This document shows positions 7,704 to 17,064 of a DNA stretch of 64,000 nucleotides, piece after piece. A program made the translations under genes and the position numbers. Position 1 is the first letter of the stretch, and each line of letters begins with the position of its first letter. A model generated the notes under the pieces. The model ran no database searches. It had not been told where the DNA came from and saw only the letters and a list, made by a program, of their open reading frames with translations. Source of the stretch: Nitrosopumilus sp. (lineage in GTDB: Archaea; Thermoproteota; Nitrososphaeria; Nitrososphaerales; Nitrosopumilaceae); the NCBI GenBank assembly GCA_965205425.1, contig CBDBGZ010000009.1:352001-416000 (forward strand). Reading direction: 5' to 3'.

Positions 7704-9023
7704 CAGTAGATAGGAAAGTGCTCAATTCGGATCAAAAAATAACGATCATTTTCTCAAATTATTCAGATAGAAAAAGCTTGATGGAAGTATGTCACTCCAT
7801 CAAATATGCATTGTACTTCATTTGATACCATGACACACCAAGGTGTAGTACTATCAAAAGCATTTGATATTGTCGCTAAAATAATGTACAATATCTTATT
7901 GTTTCCGTGTTCTGATAAAAATAACTCACGGTTCCACAATGCAGATGCACACAATTCTATCATGTCATTGTGTTTGGGAAATTCATATTCTGAATCTGGA
8001 TTAAAGAGACTGGCAATGGAATCAGATAATGCTTCTCCAACGGGTTTCATGGTTGAGAAAAATTATATCAAAAATATCACAAAAAACAATGCAAATTCAA
8101 TTACATCGTTCACTGGATAGTACCATATCAAAATTACAAGAATTGGGAGTATTGGAGCAACCAGTTACTGTGGCAATTGACAAACATCTAATCCCAAGAT
8201 ATGACAAATTGCCAAACCATTCTTTAATAAAATCAAAATCTAAAAACAGTACTACTCATTTTGAGAGTTACTGCACCATGCAGTGCGTTGAAAAAAGAAT
8301 CAGGGCTCAATTAGGTTGTTATCCTTTGTATGACAACATATCAAATGCCGATTTTGTGCGTAAATTACTCTCTGATGGCATCAATAATGGAATCAAGATT
8401 AAACTATTGCTAGTGGATAGGGAGTTTTTCACAGCTGGAACAATTTCAGAAATAAAACAAAGGAATTTAAAATTTCTAATGCCTGCAAAAAAGAATTCTC
8501 GAATCAAAGATGCCATTTTACAATACGTTAATGGAGATAGAAAGTCAATCTCGCCATACACAATAAAATCATCATCAGGACATGTAGAATCATTTAATCT
8601 AGTTATTCTACCAAACAAAAATGCAAGAAAAAAATCAGATATTATTGATCAGTATGTTGTGTTTGCAACAAACGTTTCACCAAAAGAAATATCTGAAAAT
8701 ATACAGGACATTCCAACTGATTACAAGAAACGTTGGGGGATTGAAACAGGCTATGCATGTGTGGGAAGGTTCAGACCAAAAACCACCAGTTCAAACCAAT
8801 CCATAAGATTGTTGTATTTTTACTATTCATTGATTTTGTACAATGCATGGATAATTGCTAATTTGATTATCTCAGAAGAAACTAATGTACAAAATCACAA
8901 ACCAATAATATCAATTGAAATTCTCAAATATTTCTTTGTAAAGATAATTATTCATTACTTTAGAAATAACAAAAATAATTATTTCCTAGAATGTGTAATT
9001 TGATGTACTTTCCCATCTACTGG
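7704..9023 (+). mobile_element. ISH3-family (IS4-like) insertion sequence
   Basis: IRs CAGTAGATAGGAAAGTGC (7704) and reverse complement CAGTAGATGGGAAAGTAC (ending 9022); flanking 5-bp repeat ATAAT at 7699-7703 and 9024-9028. Confidence 0.85.
7806..9003 (+). pseudogene. ISH3-family transposase, frameshifted near 8045
   Basis: Overlapping ORFs 7806-8120 and 8029-9003; VAID, LLVDREF and Y..RWGIETGY (YREK-like) motifs. Confidence 0.85.
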
Positions 9024-9133
9024 ATAATGAATCTAATTCATCTATAGTTGCATCTAAAGGCATCTCCATTAAATTAGATAAAAATACAAAGCGCATATCA
9101 GCATAATTTGTTTGTAATACATCTCGCCATATA

Positions 9134-10279
9134 TAGTTTAGGCATATAAATTTTGAATAAACTGTCAAGTATTTTAACTCAAAAGATCTAGATCGTAGAA
9201 TCAATTCATGAAACCATGTCAAAGAGTACAAGACAATCCAAGGTTTCCTCTGGAAATCAATTCATGAAAGGTACAAGCATTAATTTTTTAAGAAAAGTAT
9301 GCAAGAATGAAAAAAATGCAAAAGCAAAGATAAGATTAAAGGCTGCAATACTAAGAAAACAAAATATTCCGTATTCTGTGATATGTGCAAGTCTGGATGT
9401 CATACCATCAACTCTGTCCTACTGGCTAAATCGAATGGATGAAGAGGGAATATCTGCATCACACCGCAAGAAATATTCTGGTTCTAGATGTTTTCTAAAT
9501 GAAAAACAGCTAGTATCATTAAGAAATGATCTAATTTCAGGTCCAGAAAAGTTTGGATTTAACCAATTCATGTGGAGTACAAGAATGGTAATTACACATG
9601 TGAATAAAAAATACAACACCCTATACTCTGCAAGAGGAATGCGTGAATTGCTGCACAGAATTGGATTCTCATCAAAAAAACCACGTCCCACACATCACAA
9701 ATCAGCCTCAAAAGAGGAACAAACCCGTTTTAAAAAAACGCAAAAAGGAGTATCAAAAAATATTCCAAATTGGGACATATCACACTATGTCTGGATGAGT
9801 CAACAAACAAGATAGCACCTAACATAAAGCGCGGATGGTATCTTGCAGGCAATAACATTACCACACCAATTAATTACACTCGAGAAAAATTTCAATCATT
9901 TGGTGCATTGGGGGATGACGGCGTATTTTTTTGTAGGTTCTATGATAAATCAAACACAGACTCATTTCTTGATTTCTTAAAATCCTTGCAGAAACAATTT
10001 GGCAAGAAACTGTTATTATTTGCAGACAATGCATCATACCACAAAAGTGTTAGAGTAAAAGAATTTCTCAAGGTATCAAAAAGAAATGTAATCATAAGAT
10101 ATTTTCCTGCATACACCCCAGAACTCAATCCAATTGAGGTACAGTGGAGAGAAGAGAAAAATGGTAATGCCAATACATTCTTTGTAAATGGAACTGAGAT
10201 GAGAAAACACATGCAGAAGAGATTAGATAATGGAGACGTTCGAGTTGTGAAATTATTCAAATATTTAATGCCTTAACTA
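9134..10279 (+). mobile_element. IS630-family insertion sequence
   Basis: Imperfect ~27-bp IRs (TAGTTTAGGCATATAAATTTTGAATAA and reverse complement TAGTTAAGGCATTAAATATTTGAATAA); TA duplication at 9132-9133 and 10280-10281. Confidence 0.88.
9216..10276 (+). CDS. IS630 transposase in two ORFs, probably joined by -1 frameshift
   Basis: HTH ORF 9216-9815 and DDE ORF 9770-10276 (LDES, DNASYH, PAYTPELNPIE.W); slippery TTTTAAAAAAA at 9728-9738. Confidence 0.85.
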
Positions 10280-10657
10280 TAGCAACATTCAACCCTTCTT
10301 TTATAACACCCGGAGGGCTTTTCCTGCATCGATTGCATCCAAATTCTGTTGTTGTAAATCAAGCGCATTTTGTATTCGATTTAATCTAGAAAGAATGAAT
10401 TCCTTAACATGTTTTCGGTGTTACTGTATTGTCTCTTGTTGTTCTTTTTGTCGATTCAAACGATCCTTATTTGTAATACTGTAAAAAATTAAACCAATGC
10501 TTAACCCTACAGCAATAGATGCAATTATGGTTATTCCTATGGAATAGTTTGATGCATTTTGTAAAATCTCAGTCATGACATGTAAATCATTTACAGTTGC
10601 GATTGTTTGATTGTTAATCATTAGACTAGATGATTTTTTCGTTATTATTTAAAATTT

Positions 10658-11567
10658 GGTGATTGTAAACCTATTACCACCAACTATTTTTGAGTAATTA
10701 TTGGAAAAAACAATCAACATAATTGAGTTATCTAAAATAATTCACAACAAATCAACTGCATTGGAATTTCTCTGCAACCAATTCAAAAAGAAAAACACAA
10801 TTCATTGTTCATCATGTAACTCTGAGAATTACTATATTATTTCAAGAGGGAAACTAAGATGCAAAGATTGCAAGACAGATTATAGACCGTTTGCTGGAAC
10901 ATGGTTTGATATCATCAACATTAATTTTACAAAATGGTTGGCCCTAGTCAAATTATTTGATATTGGGATTAGTGCAAAACGTGCAGCTAGAGAAGCAGAT
11001 GTCAGTTATCCAACTTGCACTAAATGCTTTTGATTGCATCAGATATTCAATACTGTATCACCTGGCAGAATCAGACAAGAAACTAAAAGGGAAAATTGAG
11101 GCTGACGAGGCGACTATTTTGGAGGAAAAAGAAAGGGAAATCGTGGCAGAGGTGCCAAGAACAAGACCATCGTATTTGGCATACTGGAAAGAAAGGGAAA
11201 AGTTCACGTTGAGATTGTAAACAATGTCAAGGCAAAGACATTGCTTGCAGGAACAATCAAGAAAGTAAAGAAAGGAAGTATTGTATATACGGACAAGAGG
11301 AGAGGATATGATTCGCTAGTTTTCAACGGCTACAAACATCTCTCAATAGACCACAGCAAGATGTTTGGCAAAGGTGACGTGTACATCAATGGGATTGAAG
11401 GGTTTTGGAGTTTTGCAAAAGAGAACATGGCAAAGCATCATGGTGTAAGTCCAGATAAATTCTTGTTGTACATCAAAGAGATGGAATGGAGATATAATAA
11501 CAGAGATGGAAGATACTTTCTCATTATTGCTTGATTATATGTTGGGGGTAAATAATTGATAATCACC
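10658..11567 (+). mobile_element. IS1595-family insertion sequence, copy 1
   Basis: Ends GGTGATT...AATCACC; 8-bp target duplication TAAAATTT at 10650-10657 and 11568-11575. Confidence 0.9.
10701..11559 (+). pseudogene. IS1595-family transposase, frameshifted
   Basis: Zn ribbon CxxC...CxxC, EADE, YTD, INGIEGFWS, EMEWRYN spread over three frames. Confidence 0.85.
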
Positions 11568-11828
11568 TAAAATTTAATTCAACAATTATTGAACCACAAA
11601 ATACAGATAGTACTTCCATGTTTCTCATCTAAAACATGAATTGTTTTACTCCGGATCTATATGAGTTACAAATAGATTATCTTAGAAGTATGATTAATGA
11701 ATAAAATAATGACATATTCTAACTTTTAGTTCATATTTTTTGAAAAACACTTTTCATTATTTTTGTTGATATTCATACAAACGGTACAACAAATGAATAT
11801 ATTCTAAAACATCAAAAATTCTTCTAGT

Positions 11829-11916
11829 AGCCCGATAGTCTAGTGGTCAAGGATTCTGCCCTCTGGATCTCAAGAGTGGATAGGCGGGGACGGCAGTTCG
11901 AATCTGCCTCGGGCTA
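11829..11916 (+). tRNA. tRNA-Gln(CTG) with a 15-nt intron (~11867-11881)
   Basis: Acceptor AGCCCGA/TCGGGCT; anticodon loop CT-CTG-G interrupted by ATCTCAAGAGTGGAT; GTTCGAATC T-loop. Confidence 0.9.
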
Positions 11917-11942
11917 CCTAAAAAATTTCTAAAATAAAATTA

Positions 11943-12542
11943 CTATCTTGATGCTTGTGCAATACGCTCTAATTCGTGTCGTTTCTTTACAGATGGAGAA
12001 TTAGAGTCATTATTTGCTGCAAGAATTAGTTGTTCAGCCAAATGTTCTTCGATGGGTTTAGGATTAGAAAATGTTGCTTCTTTAACTGAATCAGCAATAA
12101 ATTTCAAAGCCATATCGACTCTTCTGATTGGAGCAACATCTACTGATACATGGTATGTAGTACCACCATAAACAATTCTAGTAGTATCTTCTGTTGGAGC
12201 AGAAAATTCAATTGCTTTAACTAAAACTTGAACAGGGTGTTGTCCTGTTTTTAATTCAATAATCTCAAAGGCAGTTTTTACAGTGTTGATTAATTTAGTT
12301 TTTTTACCAGTCATTCTACCAGTATTTTTTGCATATTTTTTTCCAAAGTGCATTGATTTGTTAATTAATCTCTCAACAATGTTGACTTCAGCTTTGTTGA
12401 ATCTCTTTAATGCAGAACGACCAAAAGTATAAGGTAAAATTTGTTTTCTCAAAGAAATAGCAGTCTTTAATCCAGGATCAACGACTTCAATGTTAGATAA
12501 ATCCCATTTTCTAAATAATAGCAAGTTTTTAGTTTGTGCCAT
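11943..12542 (-). CDS. rps7: 30S ribosomal protein S7
   Basis: NIVERLIN, TRIVYGG..YHVSVD, ELERIAQASR; follows S12. Confidence 0.96.
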   Translation of the reverse strand: MAQTKNLLLFRKWDLSNIEVVDPGLKTAISLRKQILPYTFGRSALKRFNKAEVNIVERLINKSMHFGKKYAKNTGRMTGKKTKLINTVKTAFEIIELKTGQHPVQVLVKAIEFSAPTEDTTRIVYGGTTYHVSVDVAPIRRVDMALKFIADSVKEATFSNPKPIEEHLAEQLILAANNDSNSPSVKKRHELERIAQASR

Positions 12543-12546
12543 TTCT

Positions 12547-12984
12547 CTATCTCCTTGGTTTCTCCTTCTTTCCAATTACTAGTTCGTGAAGTGATGTACC
12601 ATTTACTTTAGAAACTTTGAATCTAACTCCAGGAATATCTCCCATTGCACCACCTTGTGTTGCACCCATTCCTTCAATTGTAACTTCATCGTGTTCATCA
12701 ATGAAATTCATTGCACCGTCTCTTGGCAAAAAGGCTGTTACAGATTTACCATTTCTAATTAATTGAACTCTAACACATTTTCTAATTGCAGAGTTTGGTT
12801 GTTTTGCTGCAATACCAACTTTTTCTAAAACAATACCACGTCCTTGTGGTGCGCCTCCAAGAGGATCTGATTTTTTATCAATACCTAATTTTCTTCTTTT
12901 GTAAGTAGAAATTGCCCATCTTTGTTTCAGTTTTTTCTTTGTAAGAACTCTGCCAGCAAATAATCCAAGTGGTGATTTTCTCAT
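12547..12984 (-). CDS. rps12: 30S ribosomal protein S12
   Basis: [25 protein letters not shown]. Confidence 0.97.
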   Translation of the reverse strand: MRKSPLGLFAGRVLTKKKLKQRWAISTYKRRKLGIDKKSDPLGGAPQGRGIVLEKVGIAAKQPNSAIRKCVRVQLIRNGKSVTAFLPRDGAMNFIDEHDEVTIEGMGATQGGAMGDIPGVRFKVSKVNGTSLHELVIGKKEKPRR

Positions 12985-12987
12985 CTA

Positions 12988-13452
12988 TTACATCTCCATT
13001 GTTGCCCTTTCAGGACTGTTAATCAATACACTGCTAATATCAAAATATCGTTTTGCAAGTAGTCTTGCTTTCTCTGCATTTCTACCTTCTCTTCCAACTA
13101 CAATTCCTTTCTTTCTTGGGTCTACCATTACAATTGCCTGTTTTGACCCATCGGCTCGTTTATTTATTTTTACTTCAGAGATTAGTTTTGAATTAAGCAA
13201 ATTAGACAAGAATTTTGCTGGATCTTCATCAAATTCAACCAATTCAATATTTCTCTTTACAATATTTTGTAATGATTTGATATGTATTCCACCTTTACCA
13301 ATTGCAAGTCCCATTTTACCAGTATTAACTACAAAAATTACTCTATCTTGTTTTTCATCCTCGACACAATCACGTGCTGTTGCACCAGTAACATTTTGGA
13401 AAAGTGACATCATTCGCATTTGATCAGTTGTGAGTTTAATTGATTGTGCCAT
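12988..13452 (-). CDS. nusA: Archaeal NusA-like KH-domain transcription factor
   Basis: Two KH GxxG motifs (AIGKGG, VVGREGRN); between rpl30e and rps12. Confidence 0.92.
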   Translation of the reverse strand: MAQSIKLTTDQMRMMSLFQNVTGATARDCVEDEKQDRVIFVVNTGKMGLAIGKGGIHIKSLQNIVKRNIELVEFDEDPAKFLSNLLNSKLISEVKINKRADGSKQAIVMVDPRKKGIVVGREGRNAEKARLLAKRYFDISSVLINSPERATMEM

Positions 13453-13520
13453 TATAATTCCTATTTATCTCCGAACAAAAAATGTCTCATTTAAACTTAC
13501 ATTAAAGGAAATACAGTTAA

Positions 13521-13841
13521 TCATTTTTTTTCCTCAGCTTGTGTATCTTTTAAAATTGATTTGATGCTTGCTTCATCTATTGATGTGAATGAGATTGTTG
13601 AAATTCTAAATTGTAAGCCACATAGTTTACCTAATGCGACTGATGTTCCTTGAAAGTTGACTAAAGGTATTTTTTCTTTTTTTGCGTCGGATTCAATTTG
13701 CTCAATCATTTCTTTTTTAATTGATTGAGACAATACAATTAGCTTGGAATTTTTAATAGAGTTTAAAACTTGTTTAGCACCCATCGTTAACTTGTCTTCT
13801 TTACGGGCATCTCTTAATGATTTTTCAAGTATCTTACTCAT
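13521..13841 (-). CDS. rpl30e: 50S ribosomal protein L30e
   Basis: L7Ae/L30e fold (G.KQV, GTSVALGKLCG); conserved gene order. Confidence 0.85.
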   Translation of the reverse strand: MSKILEKSLRDARKEDKLTMGAKQVLNSIKNSKLIVLSQSIKKEMIEQIESDAKKEKIPLVNFQGTSVALGKLCGLQFRISTISFTSIDEASIKSILKDTQAEEKK

Positions 13842-13916
13842 GTGTTTTCCTTAAGACGATCGTCTTGACAGGGCCTTATAGGTTTATTGAAAAATTAAGC
13901 GTTAGATATAAAAAAA

Positions 13917-15542
13917 TTAGTTTAGGAAACCAAATAGTGAACCAAAAGTAGAAAATACAATTCCGACTTCATCAAAAAAGTTACTTGATTTTTGATTTTT
14001 AGAATTTTCAGGATTAGTTTTTTCAGTTAATGGGGGTTGAGTATAAGAAATATTTTCAGCATTTGTTTTTGAAGAGTTATCTTGTAAATCAAAATTTGAT
14101 GATAATATAATTTCCAGGTTTTTTCTAGCTGTTAAATAATTTGGATTCTGCTCCAATATTTCATCATACAAAAAAACTGCATCATTGAAATTTCCTAGAT
14201 TTGCAAGTGCATTTGCTTTATTGTTTTTGGCAGGAAAAAAGTCAGGATTAATGGCGATTGCATGATCATAGTATGCTATTGCCTCAGTGAAATAGCCTAA
14301 TTTTCCCAAAGTCGAACCCTTGTTTACAAGAATTTCCAAATCATTTGGATTGTTGGTCAATGATTCATTAAAAAAATTCAGTGAACTTTCAAAATTACAT
14401 AATCTGTATAATGCAGGTCCCATGCCATCATAATAAAAAATTGTATCAGTGTAAGTACTTGAATCACACTCTAATTTAATTTGATTTAGTATCATTCCTA
14501 ATTCTATATCTTCTACAGTTAGATTATTTTCTTTTTTATTTTTATTTTGAATTATGGGTTTTTCTTTTATGGAATCAGTTTTTTTATTTTCTAAAATATT
14601 TGTTTTTTTGGCAGAATCATCATCAACTATATTTTTTACAACCACATTTTTGTTTGATTCAGTTTTTTCGGTACTAATTATAGATGAATCATCAATTAGA
14701 TTAGTATCATTTTGTGAATTATCATTTTGTTGTTCAGATGAAGGTGTGATATCATTCTCAGAAGTTATATCAACATTTGGTTCATTTGTTTTTTCATCTT
14801 CAATTAAAGATTCATTTGTATTATCTTTAGGAAAATCTTCTTCATCAATTATTTGCAGAACTTTATGATATTCAAAAAAAGATGTCACTTCAGATTCTGC
14901 ATAATGTGCTTTAACAGAATAGGTTCCATCAACTCTAAAATTTACACCATCTTTTACAAGAAAGCTTGTACTAAATTCCAAGTTTGAATTAATTGAACCA
15001 AAATAAAATCCAGCAGGCATTCCAAAAGGATCATAAATTCCAATTAGAACAGTAGGGAAATCCATTGTTGAAACCAGACCAGTGATTTCAATCACATCTT
15101 TGTCAGTGTATTGTTTTTTTTCAGTATAGAGGAGGATTATCTCAGGTACTACAGTTTCATCAATAAAAATTTCAGATTCAATGATTTCACCTAAAATTAC
15201 AAAGTAATGATTTTCAGATTCTTGACCATAGTCAAGTTTTACCAAATATTCACCAGTTTTTTCATAAGAAGGAGAATCAAGAGATATGGTTTTGCTGAAA
15301 GTGTTTTCAGTCATGATTTCTAAATTATTTGCAGATAGAATTTTACCATCAGGATCATAGATACTCATAGCAATTATGGGCATAGTGCCATCTAGAATTT
15401 CACCCGAAACAATTAGAGCATCACCAAGATCATAGAATTGCTTGTTAAAATTTACATTAAATGAATCAGCATATGCATCTGTAAAAATCAGAGGTGATAG
15501 TGCGGTTAACACTAAGGTAAGTCCTAAAACATATCCTAACAC
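13917..15542 (-). CDS. Secreted protein with Ig-like N-terminus, low-complexity linker and TPR repeats
   Basis: Signal peptide; TPR motifs (NKGSTLGKLGYFTEAIAYYDHAI, NKANALANLG). Confidence 0.75.
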   Translation of the reverse strand: MLGYVLGLTLVLTALSPLIFTDAYADSFNVNFNKQFYDLGDALIVSGEILDGTMPIIAMSIYDPDGKILSANNLEIMTENTFSKTISLDSPSYEKTGEYLVKLDYGQESENHYFVILGEIIESEIFIDETVVPEIILLYTEKKQYTDKDVIEITGLVSTMDFPTVLIGIYDPFGMPAGFYFGSINSNLEFSTSFLVKDGVNFRVDGTYSVKAHYAESEVTSFFEYHKVLQIIDEEDFPKDNTNESLIEDEKTNEPNVDITSENDITPSSEQQNDNSQNDTNLIDDSSIISTEKTESNKNVVVKNIVDDDSAKKTNILENKKTDSIKEKPIIQNKNKKENNLTVEDIELGMILNQIKLECDSSTYTDTIFYYDGMGPALYRLCNFESSLNFFNESLTNNPNDLEILVNKGSTLGKLGYFTEAIAYYDHAIAINPDFFPAKNNKANALANLGNFNDAVFLYDEILEQNPNYLTARKNLEIILSSNFDLQDNSSKTNAENISYTQPPLTEKTNPENSKNQKSSNFFDEVGIVFSTFGSLFGFLN

Positions 15543-15593
15543 ACGTGTAACAACGTAATTTTCTATTTAATAATCACGTAGAAATTATTCTTT

Positions 15594-16772
15594 TCAATCT
15601 ACAGTAATCATAGTGGACATTATTGGAGATAGAACTGTGGGATCATTTAATGAATTCCAAACAAAAGTTTCAATTTGATATGTTCCAGATTCATTTGGAA
15701 TCCAAGATTGAGAAACATCTAGAATTTGTTTTGATGAAATTTCACTTTGAATCCATGATAAGGATTCAATAAAATTATCAGAATTTTTTACTTGGAAAAG
15801 GTAAACAAATTTTTGATTAAAATCATGTTCATTTTGAATGGTACCAACTAATTGAATTGGATTAAGGGGGAGAAAAGATTCTAATGAATTACCTAAACCA
15901 TCTGAAAATGAAATTGGGGAATTTGTAATTCGCTCAATTGTAGGAATAGAAGAATCAACTCTAGCAAAAGCATTGATTTCTAAATTATCAGATTTTGAAT
16001 ATGGTTTTGGTAAAGTATAATCATCATATTTTGCAAATATTTCATCTCCAGGTACAGAATAAAGCCTATTTCCACTTGAGGGGGAATTTTGAGATAATGA
16101 AATTGTTGCAATAAAAGAACCTGAACTTTCAGAGGTTTCTACTGCATTAACTTCAATCCCTGCAGCATCAGAATCTGAAAAAACCTGTAGTTTAAGATTG
16201 TCTAGGGCTTCAGGATTCAAATTCCTATCTAAATCAACTACGCGAATCATTGCAGGGTTTTCCAAATAGAAAAGATCTTCAGAAAAATTGATTGTTCCAG
16301 TATTCCAACTTATTGGAACGGATTCAACCAAAACAACTCCATCTGCAAATTCAAATGAAATAGTTATTGCAGAGTCTCTATCAACTTCCAAAAACCCACT
16401 AGTAGGACCACTACCAATAGTTCTAGGAGTTGTATCTACATCTCCATCTCCATCAACATCATGAGGAAAACCTGTAAGAATCACTTCGGCAGTAAAAATT
16501 CCTGAGTTTACATCTGTTTCAGTAAAGCGATATGGTTCAAGTGAATGTTCAGATGTTGCAATTTTGATTGGATGATCTGTAGTTTCTCCAATTGTATCAA
16601 TAAGATGATTACCAGAATTCCAACTAGGTGAAATAATAGTAATTTTTATTTTATCAGTCCATGTATAGATTGGTTTGTCAGTAAAAATTGGAGAGTAAGG
16701 ATTGTCATAATCAGGTATAGATTCTCCAAATGCAGGAAATAAAATCAAAGGTAGGAGCACAAAAAATAACAT
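15594..16772 (-). CDS. Secreted/surface protein (S-layer-like ET..NSG.F repeats)
   Basis: Signal peptide; ETDVNSGIF and ETSESSGSF repeats; acidic composition. Confidence 0.65.
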   Translation of the reverse strand: MLFFVLLPLILFPAFGESIPDYDNPYSPIFTDKPIYTWTDKIKITIISPSWNSGNHLIDTIGETTDHPIKIATSEHSLEPYRFTETDVNSGIFTAEVILTGFPHDVDGDGDVDTTPRTIGSGPTSGFLEVDRDSAITISFEFADGVVLVESVPISWNTGTINFSEDLFYLENPAMIRVVDLDRNLNPEALDNLKLQVFSDSDAAGIEVNAVETSESSGSFIATISLSQNSPSSGNRLYSVPGDEIFAKYDDYTLPKPYSKSDNLEINAFARVDSSIPTIERITNSPISFSDGLGNSLESFLPLNPIQLVGTIQNEHDFNQKFVYLFQVKNSDNFIESLSWIQSEISSKQILDVSQSWIPNESGTYQIETFVWNSLNDPTVLSPIMSTMITVD

Positions 16773-16818
16773 ATTAAAAATTACTGTATATTGAATTTAA
16801 TGTTTGATGAAAGAATAT

Positions 16819-17049
16819 CTAAGATTCTTCGTCAGGTAAAGAAACTGCAAGGATGTTATCGCCTCTAAGTAAGATTTTTCCAAGTTTCTCATGTTTTTCT
16901 TCAGATACATCTTCTGCATTATCTAGTGTCAAGTTCATATGAATATCAAAATCTTTGAGTACACCTTGAACAGTTTTGGTATTTCTTAATCGAAGTAAGA
17001 CAACTTTGTCTTTACTGTTACTCATTAATGTAGAAATTTCATCGGCCAT
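16819..17049 (-). CDS. Sm-like (Lsm) RNA-binding protein
   Basis: G.LKDFDIHMNLTLDNA (Sm1) and LLRGDNI (Sm2). Confidence 0.92.
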   Translation of the reverse strand: MADEISTLMSNSKDKVVLLRLRNTKTVQGVLKDFDIHMNLTLDNAEDVSEEKHEKLGKILLRGDNILAVSLPDEES

Positions 17050-17064
17050 AATTATCACTAAATT

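Larger units (their letters stand above)
7592..10621 (-). pseudogene. Membrane-anchored hypothetical protein gene split by two IS elements, a nonsense codon and a frameshift
   Basis: Removing the IS630 and ISH3 elements plus one target copy each gives in-frame joins (NVA-IWRDVLQ; DSL-LDTNPLKE...LDP*). In-frame TAA at 10421-10423 and frameshift near 10320. Confidence 0.75.

Noticed and set aside
8986..9231. 81-aa minus-strand ORF as an independent gene
   Set aside because: It is a chimera of IS630 end sequence, the middle fragment of the split gene, and ISH3 end sequence.
9728..9815. IS630 transposase as a pseudogene
   Set aside because: A two-ORF arrangement with an A-rich slippery site is normal for IS630 elements.
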